From an uncultured Chloroflexia bacterium (GTDB lineage: Bacteria > Chloroflexota > Anaerolineae > Anaerolineales > UBA4823), in assembly GCA_963828845.1 (NCBI GenBank), contig CAWHGE010000016.1, positions 12,302 to 76,301 on the forward strand: 64,000 nt of DNA, given 5' to 3'. The notes under the pieces are model-generated. The model did no database searches and was not told the DNA's origin. It worked only from the letters and a program-made list of their open reading frames with translations. Below, one piece after another: positions 34,084-43,845 of this stretch (position 1 is the first letter of the stretch; each line of letters opens with the position of its first letter). Position numbers and translations under genes: made by a program.

Positions 34084-34658
34084 GTTTCCTGGATTTATCG
34101 CTCTATGTGTGGGTTTTATTGCCAGTGTTGGTTTTCTTCGCGCGTGTGACAGACGTTACTTTGGGTACCCTGCGTATTATCTTTATCTCGTGTGGTAAAC
34201 GGAATCTGGCACCCTTGCTTGGTTTTGTCGAAGTATTCATTTGGATCTCGATTGTTTCCCAAATTGTCAGCCACGCTCATAATATCCTGGCCTATCTGGC
34301 GTATGCGGCAGGTTTTGCTTCAGGTGCCTTCGTTGGAATGTATATCGAAGGGCGTTTAGCGATTGGCACTCAAGTCATTCTTACCATTGTGCAGGATAAT
34401 GCCAGTACGTTGACCAATAACTTGCACTCGGCTGGATATGGTGTCACCTGTGTGGATGGTCAGGGTGCAAATGGAATGGTCAAACTGATCTATACTATCT
34501 TCCCTCGCCGGAATTTAGAAGATGTGGTATCTATCATTCACCAAACCCATCCGCATGCATTTCTATCCATCCAGGACGTCCGCTCCACACAGGAAGGTAT
34601 CTTTCCAATACCATCATCCCCTCAAAATGGGTTATTCTTTCCTCGGAAATTCAAATAA
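34080..34658 (+). CDS. UPF0316-family membrane protein (DUF2179-containing)
   Basis: The N-terminus LPVLVFFARVTDVTLGTLRIIFISCGKR is typical of the family, with 3 TM helices and a soluble C-terminal domain. An ATGA overlap joins it to the LacI-family gene. Confidence 0.7.
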   Translation: MSFLDLSLYVWVLLPVLVFFARVTDVTLGTLRIIFISCGKRNLAPLLGFVEVFIWISIVSQIVSHAHNILAYLAYAAGFASGAFVGMYIEGRLAIGTQVILTIVQDNASTLTNNLHSAGYGVTCVDGQGANGMVKLIYTIFPRRNLEDVVSIIHQTHPHAFLSIQDVRSTQEGIFPIPSSPQNGLFFPRKFK

Positions 34659-34770
34659 TACGATTCATAGAATCCCTTGCAAGTATTTATTAACCTGGTA
34701 GTGATTATTCCATTCACTGAGAACATATGAGCGGTATATATATGCGTGACTACTCACCCATACGTCATTC

Positions 34771-34793
34771 CCCTCTCCCTTTTAGGGAGAGGG
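34771..34793. repeat. REP-like GC hairpin
   Basis: ccctctccc-tttta-gggagaggg is a perfect 9-bp stem, followed by ctagggtgagggtg. The ccctctccct string recurs at about 35067. Confidence 0.5.
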
Positions 34794-34880
34794 CTAGGGT
34801 GAGGGTGATTCCAGTATTCATATTAGAGCATGGGTTCCTCACGCACTTTATTCGTGGATGGTTACTGGATATCCTGATTT

Positions 34881-34989
34881 GAACGTATTTGATTATTTTT
34901 TTCAATTCATCAAGAACTCTATAGCAATAATTCTGCCATCATCGGCATGCAAATTAGGAATTATTGGAGCTGAAGCGGTGAGTAATTAC
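34881..34989 (+). repeat. dispersed repeat family R1, left copy
   Basis: About 110 bp, roughly 90 percent identical by eye to the reverse complement of 53849-53958. Weaker similarity extends about 60 bp further left. It contains the conserved hairpin caataattc/gaattattg (34925-34966). Confidence 0.85.
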
Positions 34990-35122
34990 TATATTTGCTT
35001 TATCGCCTGTAGCAGAGGGGCAGAGAAATTTAAATGGGCAATGCGATATCCAAAATCCCTCTCCCTTATTAAGAAAAAATCCCTTGTAAAACTGCGAAGA
35101 TTTCTCTTAATCCAAAGTTAAG

Positions 35123-35151
35123 TTGACCTCCAAAACGTTTTGGATTAATAT
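35123..35151 (+). promoter_or_regulatory. sigma-70-like promoter with the same palindromic operator in the spacer, upstream of the HEAT-repeat gene
   Basis: TTGACC (35123-35128), a 17-nt spacer made almost entirely of TCCAAAACGTTTTGGA (35129-35144), then TAATAT (35146-35151). Confidence 0.6.
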
Positions 35152-35252
35152 ATTTTGATGAATCACTCCACCATGAAACGTTAACCAATGGATGATACCT
35201 GTGTAAAGGGTTCATCCTGTCATTACGAGGCTGGTGCGAGGAGGATTATAAA

Positions 35253-35822
35253 ATGAACAGTCCGGTCATATCCCAGATCAATAAAATCACTGATTGTACG
35301 GATGATCTTCCGGATAAAGCCATACCTTCCTTGATCAAACAATTAAGGCACTCGGATGGATTTGTCCGTATGCAAGCGCGTGAGGTTTTGATCTGCATCG
35401 GAGCACCAGCTGTCACCGATCTTATTCATACACTATCACACGCTGACTCACAGCTTCGATGGCAGGTCATCAAAGTCTTGGATGGGATCCAAGACCCAGC
35501 TGCTGTTCATGTCTTGGTAGAACAGTTGAAAGATGATAACCCTGGTATCCGCTGGGCAGCTGCAGATGCATTGATTGCATTGCGACGAGACGCCATTCCT
35601 CCACTCCTTGCAGCTCTCATGCACGACTTCGATTTATTATGGCTCAGGCAGAGTGCCCACCATATCTTGCACGTCATGAAAGATGCAGGAAAATTAAACG
35701 AGGCTGAGGAAAAGGTCTTCGAGGCTTTAGAAGAGGTTGAGCCTGCAGTGGCTGTCCCATGGGCAGCTGAAAAAGCTCTTGAATCCCTGCGACATAAAAA
35801 AGATAGCCTCACTTCGATATGA
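35253..35822 (+). CDS. HEAT-repeat (PBS-lyase-like) protein
   Basis: 189-aa ORF with repeated helical units of the type D..VR..A...L..IG...AV..L. GAGGAGG lies upstream of the ATG. Confidence 0.7.
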   Translation: MNSPVISQINKITDCTDDLPDKAIPSLIKQLRHSDGFVRMQAREVLICIGAPAVTDLIHTLSHADSQLRWQVIKVLDGIQDPAAVHVLVEQLKDDNPGIRWAAADALIALRRDAIPPLLAALMHDFDLLWLRQSAHHILHVMKDAGKLNEAEEKVFEALEEVEPAVAVPWAAEKALESLRHKKDSLTSI

Positions 35823-35888
35823 AGCGGGCTATCCTTATTTGCAAACCTGTATCGAGCGATTTTCTCGAAATTACTAACTGCTAATCTG

Positions 35889-35963
<75 letters not shown>

Positions 35964-36126
35964 TTGAGTACTCAAAACACCGCTTAGAGACTAACTTTGT
36001 AAACTATGATGTTTACTCGATCTAAAAGGTTTTGTGTGCGCTAGATTTTATCATAAGTGATTAGACTAAACAAGTAACTAATCCTAATAATCATGCCTGT
36101 GATTGCCGGTCGCGATGAACTTTAAA

Positions 36127-36156
36127 GGCGGGTCAGGGAGAACTCCCCGACCCGCC
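36127..36156 (-). terminator. GC-rich terminator hairpin after the beta-helix gene
   Basis: The arms ggcgggtcagggag and ctccccgacccgcc pair with one mismatch. On the minus strand the hairpin is followed by TTTAAAGTT, about 40 nt after the frame-corrected stop. Confidence 0.6.
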
Positions 36157-36196
36157 TGTTCCTACTTTCAGGTGGTCAGCCTGGTGATAGCTTGGC

Positions 36197-38022
36197 TCAC
36201 GGATAGCTGACCACGTTCGTTACTTGATTTGTCGAATTCACTGCAGCACCGGTGTCGTTGACTACATGGTCGATGCCGCCATTACCGTTGAGAAAGACGG
36301 TCAAAATGTCATGCAGCTTCACCGTGGTGTATTCGGGACTTCGAAGCCACGTGCGGAGGTAATTGACGGGCCAACGTTGAAGAAGCAGTAACTACCCATG
36401 CCCCACGCCTCATGCGTTGTGACCGAGTCAGCTACTTTGTAAGCCGCGTAGCCGTTGACGCCGTCATGCATCCAATCTGCCTGTGTGGGCGGGTCATACG
36501 GCATCTCATTCTGGAAGAAGATGGTCCTGCCGTTCTCTCCGTTCCATATAACTTCGTACTTCTGGAAGTGCTCGACAAATAAACCGTAGGCTGTGACGTT
36601 GTCGCCATTGACGATCACACCGGTGTCAGCGGTGTTGGAGGTCCAGCCCACTCCATTGCCGTGATCAGCCCGCCAGACCCAGATGTCGTCCATCAGGACA
36701 TTATCACTGTTCACAACTAGGCTGGTCGTGGCCCTACCCGGGGTTGCGCCACCGATACGGAAGAAAATGTCATGCAGCGAGGTCGGGTCAGCCGGGTCAC
36801 TCCAATTGTTATACTCTCGGGCTGGGCTTTTCATTGCATGCTGAGTGCCCACCTGAAGCAACACCGGGGAGTTCACAGTTCCCGCATCGAACAACAACCC
36901 GGCGAGTTTCACGCCTTTCACATCGGCGATCTTCATCGCCACGATCCCGTTGGTTGGCACTAGTGTTGGGAAGCCCAATCCCAGCACCACAGTGTCAGGG
37001 CGAATGACCTGGATCGTTCGATCCAGGGAATACACACCGGGTGTGAAGAGCAGGTTTTTACCGCTTGCGAGCGCAACGTTGATCGCCTTTACGCTGTCGG
37101 TGGGCTTAGCCACGAAGAACTGCTGGATTGGGATGGACGAGCCAGCGGCTGGCCCATTGCCCCAGGTGGTGCCGATAGAATCATGACGAAGAGCCGGTAC
37201 GAACACATTGTAGTTGCCGGACGAGTTTACATACAGGAACGGCCTCTCCATCGTAATCGGACTCGTCGCCAGCGTGGTGTACGGTGGGGGGTTGTACGGC
37301 GTACTTGAGAACGACTGCGGCGGGGCACCTACGACGCCGGAGAAGACCTGGTTCCACACGCCATTGGACCATCCACCGATGCTGCTATCTCGTACAATGA
37401 ACTGCTGCTGCGACCCGTTGATGATAAACCCAGTCTGGGAGTCGGCAATGAAACCACCGCTTGCATACTGGGGACCAGCAGTACAGTAGTCCATGAGGGT
37501 GAGATTACCGCCAGTAATATTAACTCGCCTCATCGGTGCCGCTTGTGAGACCGCCCAGAAGTTGCCCGAAGCCCGGCAGCCGTCCAGACCCATGACGTTG
37601 ATTGTCAGGTTCGACAGCGAGCGCCAGAAGTTAACCAGCGCGATGCAGTTGTCGGGGGTTAAGCACCGGTTGTACACATCGATGTGGCCGTTGATGGTGA
37701 CGTCGGTCGGTGATGCACCCAGGCCGGCCACCTCGGTGTAGTAGCCCACTTGGAAGACGAGCGGATTGGCAGCGCTGCCGTAAGTGCCAGGCATGAACAG
37801 CAATGCGTAACGCTGCGTGCCCATCTCGTTATCTACCTGCTGGCTGGCGATGGCGTCGACGGCTGCCTGTATAGCACTCGTCGCCATGCTGGGATCGAAG
37901 ATGATCACGTTCGAGCCGAAGTCCGGTGTCGCCATGGCGGCTACCGGGCTGGTGGCACTCGCCATCAACGCAACCATAAGCACCATTACCAGCCGTATGC
38001 AAATTGATCTAACCTGCAACAT
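36197..38022 (-). pseudogene. secreted right-handed beta-helix (pectate-lyase-fold) protein, probable polysaccharide-active enzyme; one frame change near 36320
   Basis: 567-aa ORF 36319-38022 with a signal peptide. AIQAAVDAIA is followed by GTYG, YYTEVAGLG, VNFWRSLSNLTI and many short beta-strand repeats. The last roughly 40 aa (VKLHDILTVFLNGNGG...) continue in another frame to the stop at 36197. The GC content is visibly higher than that of neighbouring genes. Confidence 0.6.
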
Positions 38023-38574
38023 AAGATTCCTCCTATTTATTTCGCTTGTTGGATTTCCCGTAAGGTTTGATATTCGCTGATGTCAACCCAAGCTGATCAA
38101 CGCATCACCTCCTTTTGAAAAAGGCATTATGCAAGTCGCATAAGGTTCGTACCGCCTCCACCAAAATATATTGTGAAGTGACTGGCTCTCGAGTGGAAAT
38201 TTAGCTGTCCCCTTGGTCTTGTCGTTTTACAGTAATGGATCCTGGATGTGTCAGCCTGGTCAATTTCAGCGACTGGTTGGCAAAGATAAATCAAAGAGTT
38301 CATCACTTCACAGGCACTCCGTCTTTTCCCGGCTAGGATTGGTCTATTCCAAGAAAAATATTCTATCCTTATCCTTCTAGATCATTTCCCTTCAAGAATA
38401 AGAATTTTCACATTTCATGTGTTATAGATACAAATCAATAAGCTTCCTGCCTATATGATAATTTTAGTCCAATTTATCCAGAAGTCAACACAGGCGTTAC
38501 TCCCTTGGTTAAAAATAGTATATGCAAAACATTATATGCTCCAGGAGCTCACCTTGAGGCCTGGCTCGATGCAT

Positions 38575-38991
38575 CTACTTGATGATCACACCTGTCGCCC
38601 GGTATGTATCAAGTCTTCGCTTGTTCTCATAAGGCTGGATGAAACAGAGGTAATCCTCTTCCGGGAGTTCCTTGCCTATTCTCTGCCTTACTTCTTCGTA
38701 CACCACAATGCGCTCTTTTAGTTTTCCACATCCATACTCGTCACAGAATGAACAGTTGTCCAACCCTTTTTCGATGACACATGGTCTGACCGGGCAGCTC
38801 TGGTCGATTAATCTTGGATGATCCGCCATGCAACCATCGCATATGATATTTAGAGGTTCTATGCGAAAGCCGAAGTAAGTAAACCACCCGTCGCTTAATT
38901 TCTGCCTATCTGAAGGCTGTTTTTCGACATTCTGTTTGTACGCCAGGCACAGGTCACAGCGATAACCACATCTCGTCAATATGGGTTCCAT
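38575..38991 (-). CDS. Cys-rich DUF3795-like protein
   Basis: 138 aa with CGYRCDLC, CDGC, CPVRPC and CSFCDEYGC spacing, typical of the DUF3795 family. Confidence 0.55.
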   Translation of the reverse strand: MEPILTRCGYRCDLCLAYKQNVEKQPSDRQKLSDGWFTYFGFRIEPLNIICDGCMADHPRLIDQSCPVRPCVIEKGLDNCSFCDEYGCGKLKERIVVYEEVRQRIGKELPEEDYLCFIQPYENKRRLDTYRATGVIIK

Positions 38992-39040
38992 CCGTTCATC
39001 TCCCTCCTGCGAAGCTAATAGAAGGTGAAATACGCATAAT

Positions 39041-39640
39041 TCAAGATGGGGCGGTCACAAACTGGACCACTCCAGAAATAAGCATGACTGCCCCAAAAAG
39101 GATCGCACCATAACCAAGCAGATTGAACCCACTACTTGATCCTGCGGCACTACCAGAAAAAGTGATCACCGCACCTGCGATAAGCCACATCGCCCCAGAG
39201 AGCATATTCTTTCGTCCCATCGCCTTGGTTTTCTGCTGTAGCACTCGGATGCGGGTATCCCCAGATATATACCCCTCATTTCCAGTTGCATCCCTCACTT
39301 TTACCCAGTCCTGTCCATCCCCCTTAACCACCTGCAGAATATACAGCTTCGAATTACGTGCCAGTTGCTGTTTGATAAGCGACCCACTCGATGGTTCAGA
39401 GTGTAAATCTACATTATTCTGCAACAATGAGCCCTCCCGCATGACGAAGATGTGCGTCTCTGCTGGGATGTAAGCTTGTTGTCCAGTGGACAGCGTTATT
39501 GGCACCCACACCTTACCTGCTTTCCTTTTGGCGGCTCCAAACTCTATCTCGCTCCCTTCCGGGAGGGTTGCGAGTGATACAGCATTTTCATCCATGCTGC
39601 TGTAGACCTTAACTTGAGGGTCGAGGATTTTAGCTTTCAT
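39041..39640 (-). CDS. double SH3b-like domain protein with C-terminal two-helix membrane anchor
   Basis: There are two segments of the type V.....S..L..L..G..I.......G.W..V....G..GYI, followed by Gly/Ala-rich TM helices. Confidence 0.55.
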   Translation of the reverse strand: MKAKILDPQVKVYSSMDENAVSLATLPEGSEIEFGAAKRKAGKVWVPITLSTGQQAYIPAETHIFVMREGSLLQNNVDLHSEPSSGSLIKQQLARNSKLYILQVVKGDGQDWVKVRDATGNEGYISGDTRIRVLQQKTKAMGRKNMLSGAMWLIAGAVITFSGSAAGSSSGFNLLGYGAILFGAVMLISGVVQFVTAPS

Positions 39641-39880
39641 TTCATCTCTCCAATCTACGCTCTTATTTAGCTAGGTCATTATACAGGACGAACTCCACCC
39701 TGTAAACATGCCATCTATCTAAATCAATAAAAAATCTGGTGGACTAGAATTCGTAATCTCAGACTCCATCATCTATCCCACCTTAGTGGACTGATTGGTT
39801 TTATCCTCTTATCCGTTAAAGTGATCCACAGCTTACCAATATGAGAAATCTTAAATTATCGGTGGTTTTCCGTAAACCCC

Positions 39881-39908
39881 TTGTGGATTAGAACATTTGT
39901 GCTATAAT
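39881..39908 (+). promoter_or_regulatory. extended -10 promoter reading into repeat R2 (left copy)
   Basis: TTGTGG (39881-39886), a 16-nt spacer, then TGCTATAAT (39900-39908). No credible ORF follows. Confidence 0.5.
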
Positions 39909-39984
39909 GGTAGCATCATGGCTACCTATTCCTTCCAACTTCCTGGCCTGCCTGTTCACCTGCCATCACACCACCAAAATGCCT

Positions 39985-40179
39985 TCGTTCCTTCTTCGTT
40001 TTCAAGGGCAAACGATTGCAAACGTAGCAAAGCAAGCGGATTTGCCCGCAGTATCAAGGGTGCACTTTACCCGCAGCAACGCAAATGTTTTTTTATGAGC
40101 GTTGGAGACCGCTCTTTGTGAGCGCCTGCCCCGAGCGATGTGAGGGGATGCAAGACTGATTTTTTAGGAGCGATATCCC
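39985..40179 (+). repeat. dispersed repeat family R2, left copy (candidate structured ncRNA or MITE-like element)
   Basis: The core 39985-40111 matches the reverse complement of 53391-53516 and includes a 41-nt identical block (ttgcccgcagtatcaagggtgcactttacccgcagcaacgc). The tail gattttttaggagcgatatccc (40158-40179) matches 53370-53390 after an extra insert of about 46 nt. Confidence 0.85.
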
Positions 40180-40265
40180 GCGTCGAATCCCTTTCCTATC
40201 TGCCCAATATGTTTTCCAGCCCACCTGTGTGGGGTTTGTGCTGGAGGGCTCGGGAGTTAGCATCC

Positions 40266-40301
40266 TTTGCGCACTACTTTGCGCACCACTTTGCGCACCA
40301 C
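40266..40301 (+). repeat. 3 x 12-bp tandem repeat
   Basis: The units tttgcgcactac, tttgcgcaccac and tttgcgcaccac lie head to tail. Confidence 0.9.
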
Positions 40302-40481
40302 TCTACTCACCTGCTAGCGCATCTTACTGCCCATTGCGGTAATCTTTCTTTTCTGGCGCATTGGCATCCAGAGACTTAGTTCGAGATCACAAGATGCTTT
40401 TCCCGATCCGTTACGCTCCTGCAGTGTCTTAGAGGTTTCACTGCTTTTGCCGGATGCTGATTGCTAACCTGTATCACCTCC

Positions 40482-40510
40482 TTGACACCTCACCTCCTCC
40501 CGTGTATAGT
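40482..40510 (+). promoter_or_regulatory. near-consensus promoter placed for a leaderless transcript of the transglycosylase gene
   Basis: TTGACA (40482-40487), a 17-nt spacer, then TATAGT (40505-40510). The ATG at 40518 lies 7 nt after the -10 element, with no Shine-Dalgarno sequence in between. Confidence 0.55.
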
Positions 40511-40517
40511 CCTTTCC

Positions 40518-42944
40518 ATGAAGAAGTTGCTCTTTACCATATTAGCCCTGGTATTTCTCATCCAGGCTTGCACCTTTCCTGGGTTGGCTCCGGTCACCCC
40601 CACTCCCACATCCACGCCAGTTCCGACCTTTACACCCACGCCCACCGCTACCGCAACCAGCACTCCTACTCCCATCCCCACTTCCACCCCCACTCCAGCA
40701 CCTGAGGTGCGTGTCGCCAGTGCCGACCATGCCCTTTTTAATGGTGATTATGATACTGCCGTATCCGAATATATTGCTTCTCGCGATACATCTGGCGACC
40801 CTGCTATTCAGGCCGCCACATTGCTAGGTTTAGGGCGCGTCCATTACCTCACCGGCGAATATCCCAATGCTCTGAACGAGTTCCGCGCAGTCACTGATGG
40901 CTACCCCGGCTCATCCCAGGCAGCTGATGCCTACTACTTCCTCGGTGAGACTTACATGCAGCTGGATCGATTCACCGAAGCCGCGGATGCATTTGCCGGC
41001 TATCTCACCATTCGCCCTGGGGTCTTGGACGCTTTCATTAACGAGCGGCGCGGAGATGCCTTGGCTGCTAATGATGATCATAGTGGTGCCCTGGCTGCCT
41101 ATATCACCGCGCTTCAATCACCTCGACTACCAACCAATTTCTCCCTTGAGCTAAAGCTTGCCCAAACCTATGTCATCCTCGGTGATTATGTCACCGCCTT
41201 TGTAGTCTATGACGATATCTTCAACCGTACGAATTCGGATTCTATCAAGGCTCAGGTGGATTATGCCCGCGGCCAAATGTATACCGCCTTAGGTCAGTTG
41301 GACCAGGCTACTACAGCATATGTAGATGCCGTCTTTTCCTATCCACAAGCTTATTATTCCTTCCTTGGGTTGATTGAGCTTGTCAATTCCGGCTACCCTG
41401 TAAGTGAGCTCCAACGAGGCCTGGTGGATTATTATGCAGGGCAGTATGGTGTCGCCTTCATCGCATTTGACCGCTACCTTTCCCTCAGCCCGTCCGACTC
41501 TTCCACGGCCCTTTATTACAAGGGTCTCATCTTGCGCAACCAGGATGACCTGCCCTCTGCTATCTCCATGTGGGATATGGTTATCCAGGGCGATCAGACC
41601 AATCCCTACTGGGACTCAGCCTGGGAACAGAAGGCCTATACGCAATGGGCGTATCAGGGAGATTTTGCGGCTGGGGAAAAGACACTGCTGGATTTTGTGG
41701 CGGCTGCTCCCACCCACCCGCGTGCCGCTGAGTTCCTTTTCGATGCAGCTCGGGTTGCAGAGCGTGACGACCGATTAGCAGACGCGGCTCAGCTCTGGCA
41801 GCGTATTCCTGTCGAATACCCAAATTCGGAGAATGTCTACCGCGCGTTATTTCTCGCTGGTATCTGCCATTACCGCCTGACAGACTATCCCTCCGCACAA
41901 ACTGTTTTCTGGCAGGCACAGGGCATCGCCACCACACCCGTTGAACGCGCTGGCGCTTATTTCTGGGTCGGCAAAGCTCAGGCTATGCAAAGGGATACCA
42001 CATCCGCACAGGCAACTTGGCAGCAAGCTACCTCCATCGATCCGACCGGATATTACTCCGAGCGTTCACGTGACATGCTGAATAACCTCCCACCTTTCAG
42101 CCCTCCCAGGATGATTGACCTGGGCATCGACCATCAATCCGAACTGCACCAGGCTGAGCTGTGGATGCTTACCACGTTCAATTACCCTTCCACCACAGAT
42201 CTGGCTGTTCCAGGACCGCTTGCCAGTGATCCACGCTTCTCTCGCGGGCAGGAATTCTGGCACCTGGGTTTAACCGATCAGGCAGAAGCTGAATTCAACA
42301 ACCTGCGCGAGGAAGCCATCAATGACCCGTTGACCTCCTACCGACTGGCAGTCTTCCTCTCTGATCTGGGTATGTATCGGCAGGCGATACTGTCTGCCCG
42401 TCAGGTCCTAGACCTGGCTGGTTTGGATGATGCTGGCACATTAACTGCCCCTGTTCTATTCAGCCATATACGATTTGGCACGTTCTTCCCAGATCTGGTG
42501 GCGCCTGCCGCTCAAACTTATAACTTTGATCCGCTTTTCGTATGGTCCACATTACGGCAGGAAAGCTTGTTCGACCCATCCATTCAATCCAGCGCGGGCG
42601 CGTTAGGATTGATGCAGGTTATGCCAGCCACCGGTGAGGACATCGCTTCCCGGATAGGTTGGCCAGCTGATTACTCCCAATCTGACTTGCTTCGCCCGGA
42701 TGTCAACCTGACTCTCGGGCTGGATTATCTTGCCGATCAGCGTGATAACCTGGGTGGGGATTTGTATGCCGCCCTGGCTGCTTATAATGGTGGACCAGGT
42801 AACGCCGCTGCCTGGCTCTCCCTTGCCAACGGTGACCCCGACCTGTTCGTGGAAATTGTCCGCTTTGACGAGACTCGCCAGTACCTGATGGGCATCTATG
42901 AGGTCTTCACTATTTACTCACGCCTGTATGCCCGCGTCCCGTAA
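40518..42944 (+). CDS. lipoprotein: TPR-repeat soluble lytic transglycosylase (Slt70-like)
   Basis: The lipobox is LIQAC, followed by a Thr/Pro-rich linker and many TPR-like helices. The C-terminal SLT domain reads ESLFDPSIQSSAGALGLMQVMPATG and AAYNGGPGN. The track ORF starts earlier (40461), upstream of the promoter. Confidence 0.85.
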   Translation: MKKLLFTILALVFLIQACTFPGLAPVTPTPTSTPVPTFTPTPTATATSTPTPIPTSTPTPAPEVRVASADHALFNGDYDTAVSEYIASRDTSGDPAIQAATLLGLGRVHYLTGEYPNALNEFRAVTDGYPGSSQAADAYYFLGETYMQLDRFTEAADAFAGYLTIRPGVLDAFINERRGDALAANDDHSGALAAYITALQSPRLPTNFSLELKLAQTYVILGDYVTAFVVYDDIFNRTNSDSIKAQVDYARGQMYTALGQLDQATTAYVDAVFSYPQAYYSFLGLIELVNSGYPVSELQRGLVDYYAGQYGVAFIAFDRYLSLSPSDSSTALYYKGLILRNQDDLPSAISMWDMVIQGDQTNPYWDSAWEQKAYTQWAYQGDFAAGEKTLLDFVAAAPTHPRAAEFLFDAARVAERDDRLADAAQLWQRIPVEYPNSENVYRALFLAGICHYRLTDYPSAQTVFWQAQGIATTPVERAGAYFWVGKAQAMQRDTTSAQATWQQATSIDPTGYYSERSRDMLNNLPPFSPPRMIDLGIDHQSELHQAELWMLTTFNYPSTTDLAVPGPLASDPRFSRGQEFWHLGLTDQAEAEFNNLREEAINDPLTSYRLAVFLSDLGMYRQAILSARQVLDLAGLDDAGTLTAPVLFSHIRFGTFFPDLVAPAAQTYNFDPLFVWSTLRQESLFDPSIQSSAGALGLMQVMPATGEDIASRIGWPADYSQSDLLRPDVNLTLGLDYLADQRDNLGGDLYAALAAYNGGPGNAAAWLSLANGDPDLFVEIVRFDETRQYLMGIYEVFTIYSRLYARVP

Positions 42945-42992
42945 AGTAACCCAGGAAATCCAGCCAACGAAACAAAATCTGGCAAATAATCA

Positions 42993-43754
42993 ATGTCCAA
43001 TCTCAAATCCTTTGACGACCTCATCCACGAAGCACTTTCCATGCCCTTCTCTGGCTGGGACTTCTCTTTACTCGGTGACCGTTGGAAAACCACTGAACCG
43101 ACTTGGGATTATCCTACATTAGCATGCAGCCATATGCAAAGCATCTGCTCCATGCTCGATCAGGATACTGGTGGGGGTGAGCTGCTTTCCACTCTCACAC
43201 CCTTCCCAACACACACTTGGGCGACCGAGAGTTACCCACCTAATATTCCCGTGGCAAAGTGCCGTCTGGAACCATTAGGTGTGCATGTCATTTCGGACTA
43301 TTCCGATGCTCACATTCCCCTTCCCGATGCCTGCCTAGATTTGATCTCTAATCGTCACGGCTCCTATTCTGAATGCGAGGTAATGCGCCTGCTGAAACCC
43401 GGTGGCAATTTCCTTACCGAACAGGTTGGAGGTCAGAATGATATCCATCTGAATGAGCTGTTGCAGGATAAAGTCAATTTTGAATACTCCTACTGGACTA
43501 AAGAGCTCATCACCCATCAGTTAAAAGATGTCGGCTTCGAATTGCTCACCGTAAAGGAAGAGTTCCCCCTTGCAGAGTTTGCGGATATCGGTGCGGTGGT
43601 GTTCTACCTGCGCATCATCCCCTGGCAGGTAGCCGGATTTACCGTGGATAAATACCGCGACAAGCTTTTAGCCATCCATCAGGATATCCTCGCTCATGGA
43701 CCCTTGCAGGTACACGACCATCGCATCCTGGTCGAAGCGCGCAAACCACTGTAG
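42993..43754 (+). CDS. class I SAM-dependent methyltransferase
   Basis: Motif I reads MLDQDTGGGE and the following region LKPGGNFL. 253-aa uninterrupted ORF. Confidence 0.65.
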   Translation: MSNLKSFDDLIHEALSMPFSGWDFSLLGDRWKTTEPTWDYPTLACSHMQSICSMLDQDTGGGELLSTLTPFPTHTWATESYPPNIPVAKCRLEPLGVHVISDYSDAHIPLPDACLDLISNRHGSYSECEVMRLLKPGGNFLTEQVGGQNDIHLNELLQDKVNFEYSYWTKELITHQLKDVGFELLTVKEEFPLAEFADIGAVVFYLRIIPWQVAGFTVDKYRDKLLAIHQDILAHGPLQVHDHRILVEARKPL

Positions 43755-43845
43755 GTAAGATTATTGGTAAATCTCCAAAGCAACTGAGCGTCATTCCCAC
43801 GAAAAAACAGGTATGCTTTACTCCTCTGCAGATAGTGGAATTCCA

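Noticed and set aside
34858-35121. ORFs inside the repeats as small protein genes (34858-35121, 39897-40121, 39907-40098, 40140-40379, 53236-53544, 53288-53773)
   Set aside because: The two copies of each repeat differ by indels that change the frame. The nucleotide conservation pattern follows stems, not codons, and there are no ribosome-binding sites.
40266-40301. CRISPR-like array
   Set aside because: There are only three 12-bp units directly abutting with no spacers, and no cas genes. This is a simple tandem repeat.
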